NCBI GenBank assembly: GCA_039798065.1
Contig: JBDKGS010000003.1
Coordinates: forward strand, 1-53,797
Source: Fibrobacterota bacterium
GTDB taxonomy: Bacteria; Fibrobacterota; Fibrobacteria; UBA5070
Direction of reading: 5' to 3'
DNA length: 53,797 bases
Part shown: in pieces, positions 1 to 9,458 of the stretch
How the letters are laid out: each line of letters opens with the position of its first letter
Position numbering within the stretch: the first letter of the stretch is position 1
Notes under the pieces: generated by a model
Told to the model about the DNA's origin: nothing
Database searches by the model: none
Seen by the model: only the letters and a program-made list of their open reading frames with translations
Position numbers and translations under genes: made by a program

Positions 1-903
1 GGCGTGTCGTCTTGGCGTGTATCGCCCTTCAGCACGAACGGAGTCTTGAGATCAGCCATCAAACGAGGCGCGACCTTGCGGTAGAAGTCGTAGAGGTTTC
101 CGCTCCAGGTGCCATCGGGGATGATGCGGTCGATCCATCGCGTTTCGCCATCGTCGAAGGCGGGCAATTCCTGGTAGTCCAGAAACAAGAGAGGAGCCGC
201 TTCCAGAATCGCCTGGCCTTCGCCGAACATGAGCAACGCGGCCAGCGTAGGGCCATCGTCGCCGGCCTCGCGATCCATACGCCAGCAACCGTTCACGCGC
301 AGGAAGTCGCGATCATCCAGCAGCGTCCATGGGTGATCGGGTTTGAGGTTCGTGAAGTGTCGCCGGTAGGCCTGCAACGAATCGAGCGCGAGGTCGTTTA
401 GATCGAAACCTTTGAGAACGCGCAAATCGCGGCTGTCATGGACCTGTTCGGCGATCAGGCGACGGACCGTTTCGTCGTCGCACCGACGATCGCCGTCGTG
501 CAAGCGGCGGTAGGTGTTCCCAAAGGGATTGCCGTGCAGGTGCACCGGCATTGTTCTTGCGCCCTGCGGCAGGAATTGTCACCTGCAAGATGGACTTGCC
601 GTCGAGTTCGATCTCGAGCACATCCTCGTCGCTCAGCAGGTTCACGCTGATCTTGTCGCGGCTGTTCAGCAGATTGAAGAGATCGGTGCGCATCTTCCCA
701 ATGTCGGGAACACCTTCGACAGAAAACGACCCACGCGATTCCCGCACGCCCAGCAGAATCACGCCGCCATGGGTGTTGGCGAACGCGCTGTAGGTGGGCC
801 AGAAGTCGCGTGGAATCGCCCCTTTGCCATCGGGACCCAGCGCGAGTTTGGCTTCCAATTCAACGGATTCGCGCAAATGGAGACGCCCAGCGAGAGAGGT
901 CAT
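1..903 (-). pseudogene. Schlafen/AlbA_2-domain protein (often annotated as RecG-like); frameshifted near 551-580 and running off the window edge
   Basis: ATG at 903 overlaps the upstream TGA (ATGA). The first frame has ESVELEAK and SAFANTHGG. The family-like sequence continues in a shifted frame from 551 (MPVHLHGNPFGNTYRRLHDGDRRCDDETVRRLIAEQ...LLMFG...GNLYDFY), which stays open to base 1. Confidence 0.8.
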
Positions 904-2414
904 GAGACAACCTCCCAATAGCCACCCTTGTCCGGGCCGATGCGGCGCAATCGGCCTGCCGCCTTGAGGCGTGCAATGTTGCGGCGAATCGTCGAGCGAT
1001 CCTTCCCGGCAAGAGCCGCAAGTACATCATAAGAGATCTTTGGATCGCCCCCAATCCATTCCATCAGAAGTTTTTCGAGCGATGGACGGACCTGTTTTTC
1101 AGAGGCATTTACAGGGGCGTTTTCAGGGGCATTTACAGGGGCATCGGTTTTCACCGAACTTTTCACCGAACCTGGTTCGAAATCCTCAGTCCCCGGAATC
1201 CGAGACTCCGCCAGATCGCTTTGTTTTTGGGTAGCAACGGATTCCGTCAAAACATCCACTGCGTCGTCGTCTCGCCGCACCGTGGCGACGAACAGGCAGC
1301 CGTCGTGGTCGTTACGAAACTCGATGCGCGGCCAAGCCGCTAGGGCGCGCTGAATGCCCGAACCAATACCGTGGTAGGGCATGAGCCCTTTGGCCACGTA
1401 CGAGACCAAAATGGGATTACGGATGTTCGAGTTGCCCGCGCGGATCTTTTCGACAGTGAGGTTGTTGGGCAGGTAACCCGGACTCACGATCTCGATGCGG
1501 TTGTCGAACACGAACAGACGGATGGGAGCGCTGACCATGTAATCGCGGTGCACCAGAGCGTTGACCAGCAGCTCCTCGAACACCGACGGTGGGATCTCGG
1601 GCTTGCCGGGGGCATTGACGCCACGGCCCGCCTGGACCTTGTGGAGATTGCGCATCACGAAGGCAAGGGAGTTCTCGAAAAGCTTGGGGAGCGGTCCCTC
1701 GAAGTCCTCGGTATCCATGTATTCGGTCACGTGGATGCTGTTGCCGGGGTACCGGATCGCCTTGACGACAAATTGCGGCACGATCCGTTCGGGCCGTTCG
1801 CCAAAGAGCAGCACGCCTGCCAGATTCAGTTTTCCGGAATCGGTGGCGAGGTTCAGGTTCTGGAGCAGGCGCAATCTGTCGGTTTCGGCATCAGGATACT
1901 CGACACCGTGGACATCGCGCAGAAAGTCGCGCAGACGCAATTTGTCGAGCCTGTCGATTCCGGCCTTGGTGGGCAGCTCGTCGGCGTGGAACTGAGCCGA
2001 AATCTGGAACAACCGCCGCAGCTCTTCCTTGCTGTTCACGCGACGTTTGTCGGAGCCCACCTTGAGCCAGATGACGCCGTTCTTGTCGAAGTACGGCTTG
2101 TCGATGCCTTTAGGCACGATCACTTCCACGACCACGCGCCCTTTGCGCAACGGCACATTGCGAGTTTGCACCAAAAGCGGACTGCGCACCAGTTGGCTGG
2201 CCGCATTGCTGATCAGCTGGTTGATGCGCGCCACGTCGGATTTTGCCAACCCTGGCGTTGAGCCGTCGTCGGCCACCCCGATGTAGAGGATTCCCCCATC
2301 GCAATTGGCGAACGCCGCCATCTCGGACGCCAGCGACTCGGCATTGCGGACATCGACCTTGAATTGACGGGAACTGTCTTCGCCCAACGCGAGGAGCTTT
2401 TCCAATGGGGTCAT
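900..2414 (-). CDS. AlbA_2 + HATPase_c_4 + C-terminal HTH protein
   Basis: Motifs AAFANCDGG, ELLVNALVHRDY, IEIVSPG, SNIRNP and GSGI; ends RIGPDKGGYWEV. GAGGGGG RBS precedes the ATG at 2414. Confidence 0.85.
   Translation of the reverse strand: MTPLEKLLALGEDSSRQFKVDVRNAESLASEMAAFANCDGGILYIGVADDGSTPGLAKSDVARINQLISNAASQLVRSPLLVQTRNVPLRKGRVVVEVIVPKGIDKPYFDKNGVIWLKVGSDKRRVNSKEELRRLFQISAQFHADELPTKAGIDRLDKLRLRDFLRDVHGVEYPDAETDRLRLLQNLNLATDSGKLNLAGVLLFGERPERIVPQFVVKAIRYPGNSIHVTEYMDTEDFEGPLPKLFENSLAFVMRNLHKVQAGRGVNAPGKPEIPPSVFEELLVNALVHRDYMVSAPIRLFVFDNRIEIVSPGYLPNNLTVEKIRAGNSNIRNPILVSYVAKGLMPYHGIGSGIQRALAAWPRIEFRNDHDGCLFVATVRRDDDAVDVLTESVATQKQSDLAESRIPGTEDFEPGSVKSSVKTDAPVNAPENAPVNASEKQVRPSLEKLLMEWIGGDPKISYDVLAALAGKDRSTIRRNIARLKAAGRLRRIGPDKGGYWEVVS
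1104..1171. repeat. 12-bp tandem repeats encoding a tetrapeptide linker (SVKS/APVN)
   Basis: GGCATTTACAGG / GGCGTTTTCAGG / GGCATTTACAGG, then TTTTCACCGAAC twice. Confidence 0.8.
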
Positions 2415-2881
2415 GGCATCCCCCTCACTACAACCCACAAGTTGTTCTTGTGAGTTGCAATCGGATTAACCGAGAATCGAACCGTTAAAGATTCCTGAAC
2501 AGTTCGACAGTTTTTGTGAAGCGATTCGCACGGCGTTTCGTACAAATCGACGGAATCGCGAATTCGCTTCGTTCTTGTTCTTGGCATTATTGCTCCCCGG
2601 CGAGATTCATGTGGTGTCCATGGTCTCTCCGGGGTGGGTCGGAGGCAGCAGATCTCGGGCGCGGCCCGGTACTCTCACCCTGATGTCAGGAATTTAGAAA
2701 TCGATTCCTTGGGCGCGGGCGCCTCCCCGCCGACAAATTCTGTCGTGCAAGTAGGACCGATTCGTCGGCGGGGCCGGGCTGCCTGCCAAGCCTCGGCTGC
2801 GCCGGGGTCTTGGCCCTCTCGGACGGCATCCCTGGCGCGGAGAAAACAAGCATCCTTGCGAATTACCTTTTCCTCGCAAGG

Positions 2882-4204
2882 ATGTTGTCTCGCAAATTAT
2901 CCCTACTGTTGGACGACCTCGGTGCCTTCAAGGCTCTGCTTTTCGAACGCCGCAAACACCGGTTTCCGCGCTTCACGGAAATCGAACAGCAGCAGCTACG
3001 CAGCAAGGAGCCCTTGGAGATCGTGCTTGCCCAAAATCCGTCGCGACCGGTTTGGATGTCGGATAACGAACCCTTGCTGCGGGTCGTGGACGGCTGGGAA
3101 CACTCTGTCAAAAACGGCAAGGTGGTCTGGGGCGTTGTCGTACAGGCCAATCGGCAGCTTTGGTCATCCGGAACCGAGGATTGCCCTGCCATGGTGGCAT
3201 GGTCCCCCGATGACGAATTCGAGAGTGATCCCGCCACCCTGAACGCCGTCGTTGCCAAGTTGCACGTCGTTCAAGCAGGGTCGAAACATCCAGCCGAATT
3301 CGAGGAGCTCCACCAATTCCTCAACAACGACTTGCGCCGAGAATCTTTCCAGTTGGTACCCAAACGACTCACCAATGACAGGAACGTGGTCCTCTCCACC
3401 ATCATGGTGTTTCGCAACCACCTTCCCCAAGGGTACCTGGCGAAAACCACCTTACCTATTTGTGTTGGAGAGCAGTGGGATTTTCCCGTGCTTCTCCCAT
3501 CGGTGGCATGGACCAAGAATCTGATCGAATGGTGGAACACCGAAGACAAATCCCAGCTGTTCCGTTCGAGGATCTCCATGATCGGTGGCAGAGGGGATCG
3601 CGAATCCTCTCTGCCACCGGTGATCCGACACCATCTGACAGCGAGCCTCCTGCTCCACCCTTGGATCGCCACGATTCCCATCCTCCTGCTTTCATTTGGT
3701 GGAGTTGGAGTCAATACCTTCGGCCATCGCGCCCCCATCTCCGAACTCCAGATTTTGGTCCTGCTCGGCTCCGCCCTGGCCTTGCTTTTTGGATTCATCT
3801 GGCTGATTGCCTACACGCTGAGCCTGTTCAAAACCTGGATTTGGCACCAAGACCTGATCGATCTCTACGAAGAGCTCTGGAAGATCGGCGGAGTTCCCTG
3901 GACACGCTTCTACCTCATGCCGCAACCGAGTTATGGAATCCATTCCTACGGATTGGTGATCAAGGTCCTGGGGCACTGGTTCGCCTTCGTGCCAACGGGC
4001 AGCGGACACTTTTTGGCAACCGTGTCGGAAGCCACCCCCGACGCCCCCGACGGGAAAGGCCCGGTGCGACTTCACCGGAGCATCAAGATTCCTTCCAACG
4101 CGACGGAAAGGAATCGCACCGTATCCGACCTCAAAGCGCAATTCCGTGAATTCGGGGAAACCCTGCGGGCCGGTGGTGCGACAGAAAATGACGAAATGGA
4201 ATAG
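2882..4204 (+). CDS. Hypothetical protein with about two transmembrane helices in the C-terminal half
   Basis: Long ORF. Start is uncertain (TTG 2810 or ATG 2882). Hydrophobic segments WIATIPILLLSFGG and ILVLLGSALALLFGFIWLIAY. Confidence 0.7.
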   Translation: MLSRKLSLLLDDLGAFKALLFERRKHRFPRFTEIEQQQLRSKEPLEIVLAQNPSRPVWMSDNEPLLRVVDGWEHSVKNGKVVWGVVVQANRQLWSSGTEDCPAMVAWSPDDEFESDPATLNAVVAKLHVVQAGSKHPAEFEELHQFLNNDLRRESFQLVPKRLTNDRNVVLSTIMVFRNHLPQGYLAKTTLPICVGEQWDFPVLLPSVAWTKNLIEWWNTEDKSQLFRSRISMIGGRGDRESSLPPVIRHHLTASLLLHPWIATIPILLLSFGGVGVNTFGHRAPISELQILVLLGSALALLFGFIWLIAYTLSLFKTWIWHQDLIDLYEELWKIGGVPWTRFYLMPQPSYGIHSYGLVIKVLGHWFAFVPTGSGHFLATVSEATPDAPDGKGPVRLHRSIKIPSNATERNRTVSDLKAQFREFGETLRAGGATENDEME

Positions 4205-4247
4205 GTTGGAGCTTCGCTCCCCTCCCTCCCAGAGGGCATGATCCTTC

Positions 4248-5231
4248 TCAGCGCAACACGGCCTTTCCCGCCGCCGTGGCGCTGTATTTCTGGAGACGGC
4301 TGTTGGGTGCATCGGGCAGCGTGAACTCCACCAACCCCTGCTCCATGGCTGGCGCGAGGTACAAGGCCCGGAAGCTCTTGCGGTCGGAAAGCCCCAGCTT
4401 TTCCTGCAAGTGAGCGCGATCCAATTCACGGGAACCCAACGCTTTGAGCAAGGCCGCGACTTGGGGGGTGACTTGAGGGGCGACTTGGGGGGTGAGCGTT
4501 TGAACGATGGCCCCAAGCAGGAATTCGATGAATGGTGCGCAATCGGCTGCTTTGTCCGATGCTCCAAGGCTCGCGTAGTACGACTCCTGGTGGTCGCGAA
4601 TCACCGACTCCAACGAAAGATCGGCGAACACAGGCTTCCATTTCGACAAGGCCAGCGTCTGCCAGAGGCGCCCCAGGCGGCCGTTGCCGTCGGCGAAGGG
4701 ATGGATGAACTCCAGCTCGTAATGGAGCACGCAGGAGGCCACCAGAGGATGCTCCTTTGTCTTCTTCGACCATTCAAGAAGATCGTCGACCAGCGCAGGC
4801 ACCCTCATCGCTGGAGGTGCCATGTGGACCACCTTGGAGCCCTGAACAACACCTACACCCTTAGATCGAAACCGGCCGGGATGTTCGACCAGGCCTTCCA
4901 TCAGCACCCGATGCGCTTCGAGCAGATCTTTCCTCGAAGCAGGATTCCAGCCGGACAGTTTCTGATAGGCGTTCGAGGCGTTCTTGACCTCGAGGATCTC
5001 GCGCTGACTGCCTCGTACCCGCTTCCCTTCCAGGATCGCTGTGACCTGCTCCAGCGAAAAGGTGTTCTGCTCGATCTGGAGCGTGGCCTGAATGGTGCGG
5101 ATGCGATTTTCCTTGCGCAGCCTTGGTGCGACCCGATCCTGCTCCCCCATCAAACGGCCGACCGCTTCGGCCGCATCGGCAAGAAGGCGCACGATCGTTG
5201 GCGTCAAGGTGTAGGGAGGAGTGTAGCCCAT
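4248..5231 (-). CDS. Fic family protein (class II) with C-terminal HTH
   Basis: HPFADGNGRLGR active-site motif, N-terminal TLQIEQN inhibitory-helix-like motif, C-terminal PNSRLQKY. Confidence 0.9.
   Translation of the reverse strand: MGYTPPYTLTPTIVRLLADAAEAVGRLMGEQDRVAPRLRKENRIRTIQATLQIEQNTFSLEQVTAILEGKRVRGSQREILEVKNASNAYQKLSGWNPASRKDLLEAHRVLMEGLVEHPGRFRSKGVGVVQGSKVVHMAPPAMRVPALVDDLLEWSKKTKEHPLVASCVLHYELEFIHPFADGNGRLGRLWQTLALSKWKPVFADLSLESVIRDHQESYYASLGASDKAADCAPFIEFLLGAIVQTLTPQVAPQVTPQVAALLKALGSRELDRAHLQEKLGLSDRKSFRALYLAPAMEQGLVEFTLPDAPNSRLQKYSATAAGKAVLR
4458..4493. repeat. Three 12-bp repeats (GACTTGGGGGGT consensus) encoding a TPQV linker
   Basis: Read directly from the sequence; further copies lie at 5291-5312. 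Confidence 0.85.
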
Positions 5232-5337
5232 GGAGCGACTCGCAAGGTTGAAGGATCGACTCGAAATCGAATCTACAACAATTGGCACATCTTGGGGGGT
5301 GACTTGGGGGGTACGAGAATTTTGGCGACCTTACCCT

Positions 5338-5387
5338 GGTGTCCAAATCATCATCATTTGTCAATAAATGGTGAGGATTTGGACACC
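5338..5387. promoter_or_regulatory. Long inverted repeat (operator or hairpin) between the Mrr-like and Fic genes
   Basis: GGTGTCCAAATC-atcatcattt-gtcaat-aaatggtgag-GATTTGGACACC: 12-bp perfect outer arms and 8/10 inner arms. Confidence 0.5.
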
Positions 5388-5411
5388 TCTCCGAAGCAAT
5401 GAACTTCTTCC

Positions 5412-6308
5412 TTATCCGTCGATCGAGCGCCAATTCAGCATGGATTGGCAACCGCGCGGATAATTGCTGCAACCCCAGAATTTCCCGGACTTGCCGGAGC
5501 GAGGAACCAATTTGATCTCGCATTTTGGGCAGCTCGGAACGTCGTAATCGGGAAGCAGAAATTTCAATTCCAGACCTGCTCGCGTTGGAGGAGGAAGCCT
5601 TTCCAGTTGCTTCTGGATCCAATCCAAGTCACCCAGCATCAGACCTTGGGCCTGTTTGGTAAAAGCACGTGCATCTTCCGTGTAACCCGTATTCGAGATC
5701 AGGATACCACGTGACACTTTTTGGGCCGATACGACTCCGTAGAGTTCGCGAACCTTGTCCACCCCCACCATCGAGTTGCTCCGTGCCTTGCATTGCACAA
5801 GCGCCTTGGGGCTTACGTGGTCGGCGTCGGTCAATCCGCGTAGTTCGATATCCACTCCGCCATCAGCTCCTGCACCGGTCTTCTTCGCCTTGAAACCCAA
5901 CTCTCCGAACAACCCGACAACGAAGTGCTCGAACACAAGCCAGTCCATCCGACGGAAAACGTCATCGGTGAATCCGGATGGCCTTGTACGCGGCTTCTCG
6001 ACCTTCATCGCTTCATCGATCGCGGCGCTGAGTGCCGGAGATGGGCTGATTTCGGAATTGGTGGACTTGAGTCTTCGCAATGGAGACTTGGGCAAATCTT
6101 GCGTCGCTGAAGGCGTATTCCCGGACCTCCGGAGGAATACCAAAATTCCGGCAAAGACAACCAATCCAATCATCGGCAAAGCGACGGCTTTCAAGAAGCC
6201 CCCTAAAGCTCCTGGTGCGAATTTACCGATGACGAAGGCTCCTATCGCCATCACTAGCGCGACCTTCACCAAACCTTCTACCGGATCTTGTTTGCGCTTC
6301 CTTGCCAT
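5412..6308 (-). CDS. Mrr-family restriction endonuclease with N-terminal membrane segments and C-terminal topoisomerase-type C4 zinc finger
   Basis: FEHFV...GADGGVDI...LVQCK; CPKC...FWGCSNYPRGC; hydrophobic N-terminus. Confidence 0.85.
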   Translation of the reverse strand: MARKRKQDPVEGLVKVALVMAIGAFVIGKFAPGALGGFLKAVALPMIGLVVFAGILVFLRRSGNTPSATQDLPKSPLRRLKSTNSEISPSPALSAAIDEAMKVEKPRTRPSGFTDDVFRRMDWLVFEHFVVGLFGELGFKAKKTGAGADGGVDIELRGLTDADHVSPKALVQCKARSNSMVGVDKVRELYGVVSAQKVSRGILISNTGYTEDARAFTKQAQGLMLGDLDWIQKQLERLPPPTRAGLELKFLLPDYDVPSCPKCEIKLVPRSGKSGKFWGCSNYPRGCQSMLNWRSIDG

Positions 6309-6429
6309 CTAGCGTGCCTTGTCGATGCCACGACCAATAGCGGCCGGAATTTGTCAGATATTAGAAATCGCTTCGTCGACTATAGCCTTCAAATCCCAAC
6401 CGCTCGACGACCATCCACCAGCTTGGCAA

Positions 6430-7380
6430 TCAGGCCGCTTCAATGATTTGGGCTGTTTCGCGAAATTCCCCGAGATAACTCTCGAAGGAGAAATCTCGAT
6501 CTTCGATCGCTTCGATGAAACTCTCCATCCAATTCCCCGCCTTGTGCTGGTGGCTATGGACGGCCAGCTCCGGAGCCAAGCCCCCTTTCGGTCGTGTGGC
6601 AAAATCCGTCAACACGTTGAGCGCGGCATAAGCATGTGGTCCAGATTCCGAGAAATATCTGTCTGTAAGATCGCGGACGTGCGTACCAATCTCGACATGC
6701 TTGATCCTACGTTTTGAATTTTCCAGGTCTCCTCGATGCGCTTTGATATCAAAAACCTTACAAACAAGCGCAAGCATTTCGGAGGCAGGCACGTGGTACC
6801 GACGAAGCTGCTGTAGGCTTTTTGTCAACTGCATTTCGAGTGCTCGAATGTCTCCGATATTGTCTTCGAAGTCTTCGATCGTTTCCTTCCCACCTCGGGT
6901 ATGGGCACGGCTGTACTTGATGCTTTTGCTACCGAAAATCAACCCATTCATGCAAATGCTTCGACAAAACCCCAATTCGAATTTCAATGGACGAGTTCGG
7001 TTGTAGCTGTTTGTAACCCGAAGGAATGCCGTCCAAGGATCCTTTTCCCACGGAAGAAAATCGGTTCCCAACTGAATCAGATCCATATGACAGAATGAAC
7101 GCGTTTTGGGCATGAGAATGTTCAAACATGCCAAGTCTTCCATACGTAACGTATGAAACACCCGCTGCATCACGATAGCGCCCATGTCCCAAGCCTGTTT
7201 GTTTGTCACCAAATCGTATTCGTCTGTGACAACGGAAAAGGCGCGCTCCATCTTGACATCCATCAAGACCATGAATCGGGGCAATTTCTTGTAGCCTTGT
7301 GACGAGCGATAGACATCCTCCAAAGCCACCGGAAAGAATGCAGGAGAAGGATCTACTGGTGTCCATCTAGGCGAACTCAT
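6430..7380 (-). CDS. DUF932-like protein
   Basis: VVTDEYDLVTN, TNSYNRT...GFCRSICMNGL and YAALNVLTDF match the DUF932/DUF945 pattern. Confidence 0.7.
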   Translation of the reverse strand: MSSPRWTPVDPSPAFFPVALEDVYRSSQGYKKLPRFMVLMDVKMERAFSVVTDEYDLVTNKQAWDMGAIVMQRVFHTLRMEDLACLNILMPKTRSFCHMDLIQLGTDFLPWEKDPWTAFLRVTNSYNRTRPLKFELGFCRSICMNGLIFGSKSIKYSRAHTRGGKETIEDFEDNIGDIRALEMQLTKSLQQLRRYHVPASEMLALVCKVFDIKAHRGDLENSKRRIKHVEIGTHVRDLTDRYFSESGPHAYAALNVLTDFATRPKGGLAPELAVHSHQHKAGNWMESFIEAIEDRDFSFESYLGEFRETAQIIEAA

Positions 7381-7451
7381 GGATGAATCCTTTGCGAATG
7401 AAACGTCTAATCTTCAATGACAAAATGCGGCAGAAAATCCAATCGACCGCA

Positions 7452-8201
7452 TCAAACTCGACCAAAAACCTTCTCCCGGTGCCACGTCAGGTACCGTTCA
7501 TGCTCGTCGGCGACCCACCGCAACCGAGTACTTCTGCTCACACCCAGGGCAGCCGCAGCATCGTCTCCCAGCTGTTCTGAGACCAGACAATTTCCGTCTG
7601 GATCGAAACTGATCAGCCCTCGATCGAACAGCGCGTCGAGATTCGCTACCAGTAAGAATCCGTTGAAAACATCCAACCGTTCGGCATCCGACGCGCACTC
7701 GGCCCAAGGCTTGGCATGACTGGCGCGCAGCACTTCCGGCACAGCCACACTCGTAACGGCACAGCGCCCCTGCCAGTATCGCATCAGCCCTTTGCGGAAC
7801 AGATCCTGCCCCACTCTCTGCCGCACCAGCCGTTCAACCTCGGTCTTCTCCGGACCTTCCCCAATCCCCTGCTGTTTCAGGGTCTCGACAAATTCTTGCA
7901 ACGGATGCGAAGGCAATGCCATCGCCAACTCGGCGGCAACACGCAGGATTGCGTCGATCTCTTCGCTCCGTGCAACCAGAAAACGTTCATCCACCTTCGC
8001 GCCCAGGCGCCGTGACAATTCCTGTCTCATTGTAAAATCGCTGAAACTCAAGATCCAGCCTTCGTCCGATTCCTGGATTTCCAGCTCCTGCGCGTGGCGT
8101 GCCGATCCCAGAACCAGATGCTCAGAAGTCGAGTCCAACAGGGATTCCCAACCGTTCTCGTAACCTGACTTCTTCAACAGCGTGACGTCGAAGGCGTTCA
8201 T
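7452..8201 (-). CDS. HNH endonuclease (HNH_2 type)
   Basis: RQRVGQDLFR...CAVT...LRASHAKPW...RLDVFNGFLL...LDALFDRGLISF. ATGA overlap with the mcrC stop. Confidence 0.88.
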   Translation of the reverse strand: MNAFDVTLLKKSGYENGWESLLDSTSEHLVLGSARHAQELEIQESDEGWILSFSDFTMRQELSRRLGAKVDERFLVARSEEIDAILRVAAELAMALPSHPLQEFVETLKQQGIGEGPEKTEVERLVRQRVGQDLFRKGLMRYWQGRCAVTSVAVPEVLRASHAKPWAECASDAERLDVFNGFLLVANLDALFDRGLISFDPDGNCLVSEQLGDDAAAALGVSRSTRLRWVADEHERYLTWHREKVFGRV

Positions 8202-9454
8202 GTCGGCCTCTTCACAGCTTTTGGTTTGGGCAAATCCACGAAGGCGATCCCGCAATGGGTTCCATCATCCACAAAGGTCCCCCGGGTGGGAGACAGATTG
8301 TGGACGTTGGGGTACACGAGCCAGCTATGCTCGGCCTTCCACCGTTTGTTGTACACGTACATCTGTTTGAGGTCTGCATCTGATGGACTGACCTGGGACA
8401 AGACCTTCCACTTCGTATCCAAAACTGTGATGGCCTTCAACGGCTCAATTCCCAGCAGATGTTCCAGAGGAAGCGCATCGTCGTCACGGGGCTCCAGAAC
8501 CAGGTCAGGACGTACCGTCTTCCGACAGCCTTTGGCATGCCAGAAATGCCTCGCGGATTGGGTTTTCAACGTCCAGGACTTTCCCTTCAAGCTCTTGCGA
8601 ACCTCCTGGGCCACCCATGCTTCCCAGAGATCATTCATGTCGAACAACAGGGCGAACACATCCTCGCGCCCTGCGCACAAGTCCGGATTCTGTCGAAGCA
8701 ACAGCAGCTTGGCCAAGTCCATGGCGTTTCGATATCGTTCGGTTCGACGATCGTAACGAAGGCGCTCGAAATCTTCCGAGCGCACCGCACCCGTCACCCA
8801 TTCCTGGTACGGAAGCAGAAGCGACTTCGCACGGGAGCGCAATAGGCCGCTTTCGGCGCGCATTGCCACCAACCGCAGTCCGATCACAAGAATCCGGTTC
8901 CAGACATTGTGGATATCGTACTCGATGGCCTCGGTGTATACCCGTTCCTGATGCGTCAAATTCCGTCGAAGGTTTTCGCCGACCACGAATCGACCACGCC
9001 AGGCGGTGCGATTCTTTGCCACATGCCGGTAAGTCTTGGCCAATCCTTCGTGCAACAGGGATTGGGCCTCTTCCACGTAGGCGGAGAAGAAGATGTCCAG
9101 GAGGGTATGGCTCTGCAAGTGAAGCTGGGCACGGCTGGAAGCATGGAGATCGAACCCTTTCAGAGCCGCCAACATGTCCAACAAGACGAATTTCCAGTGC
9201 TGCACCAACTGCCTGCGATCCAGGTTTTCCTGGCCGCGCCGGGCGTCGGCCTTGGGAAGGATTTCGATGGTGGTCCGCCCCACTTGAAGGACGCCCACCC
9301 ATTGCGAGGTCCGGATCGAATGATGCCCAATCTCCAAACCAGGGTGATTCGTTCTCTCCTTCCACCGCGCGATCGCGTCGAACTGTCGCTGCGTCAATTC
9401 CTGTCCATCGACATCCTGCCCAACCCGGATTCGCTCGTGTTCGAAGACGACCAC
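8198..9454 (-). CDS. mcrC: McrC-family restriction endonuclease subunit
   Basis: WVGVL...IEILPK, LFDMNDLWE, RPDL...LDTKWK, DLKQMYVY. Lies directly downstream of mcrB. Confidence 0.9.
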   Translation of the reverse strand: MVVFEHERIRVGQDVDGQELTQRQFDAIARWKERTNHPGLEIGHHSIRTSQWVGVLQVGRTTIEILPKADARRGQENLDRRQLVQHWKFVLLDMLAALKGFDLHASSRAQLHLQSHTLLDIFFSAYVEEAQSLLHEGLAKTYRHVAKNRTAWRGRFVVGENLRRNLTHQERVYTEAIEYDIHNVWNRILVIGLRLVAMRAESGLLRSRAKSLLLPYQEWVTGAVRSEDFERLRYDRRTERYRNAMDLAKLLLLRQNPDLCAGREDVFALLFDMNDLWEAWVAQEVRKSLKGKSWTLKTQSARHFWHAKGCRKTVRPDLVLEPRDDDALPLEHLLGIEPLKAITVLDTKWKVLSQVSPSDADLKQMYVYNKRWKAEHSWLVYPNVHNLSPTRGTFVDDGTHCGIAFVDLPKPKAVKRPT

Positions 9455-9458
9455 CTGG

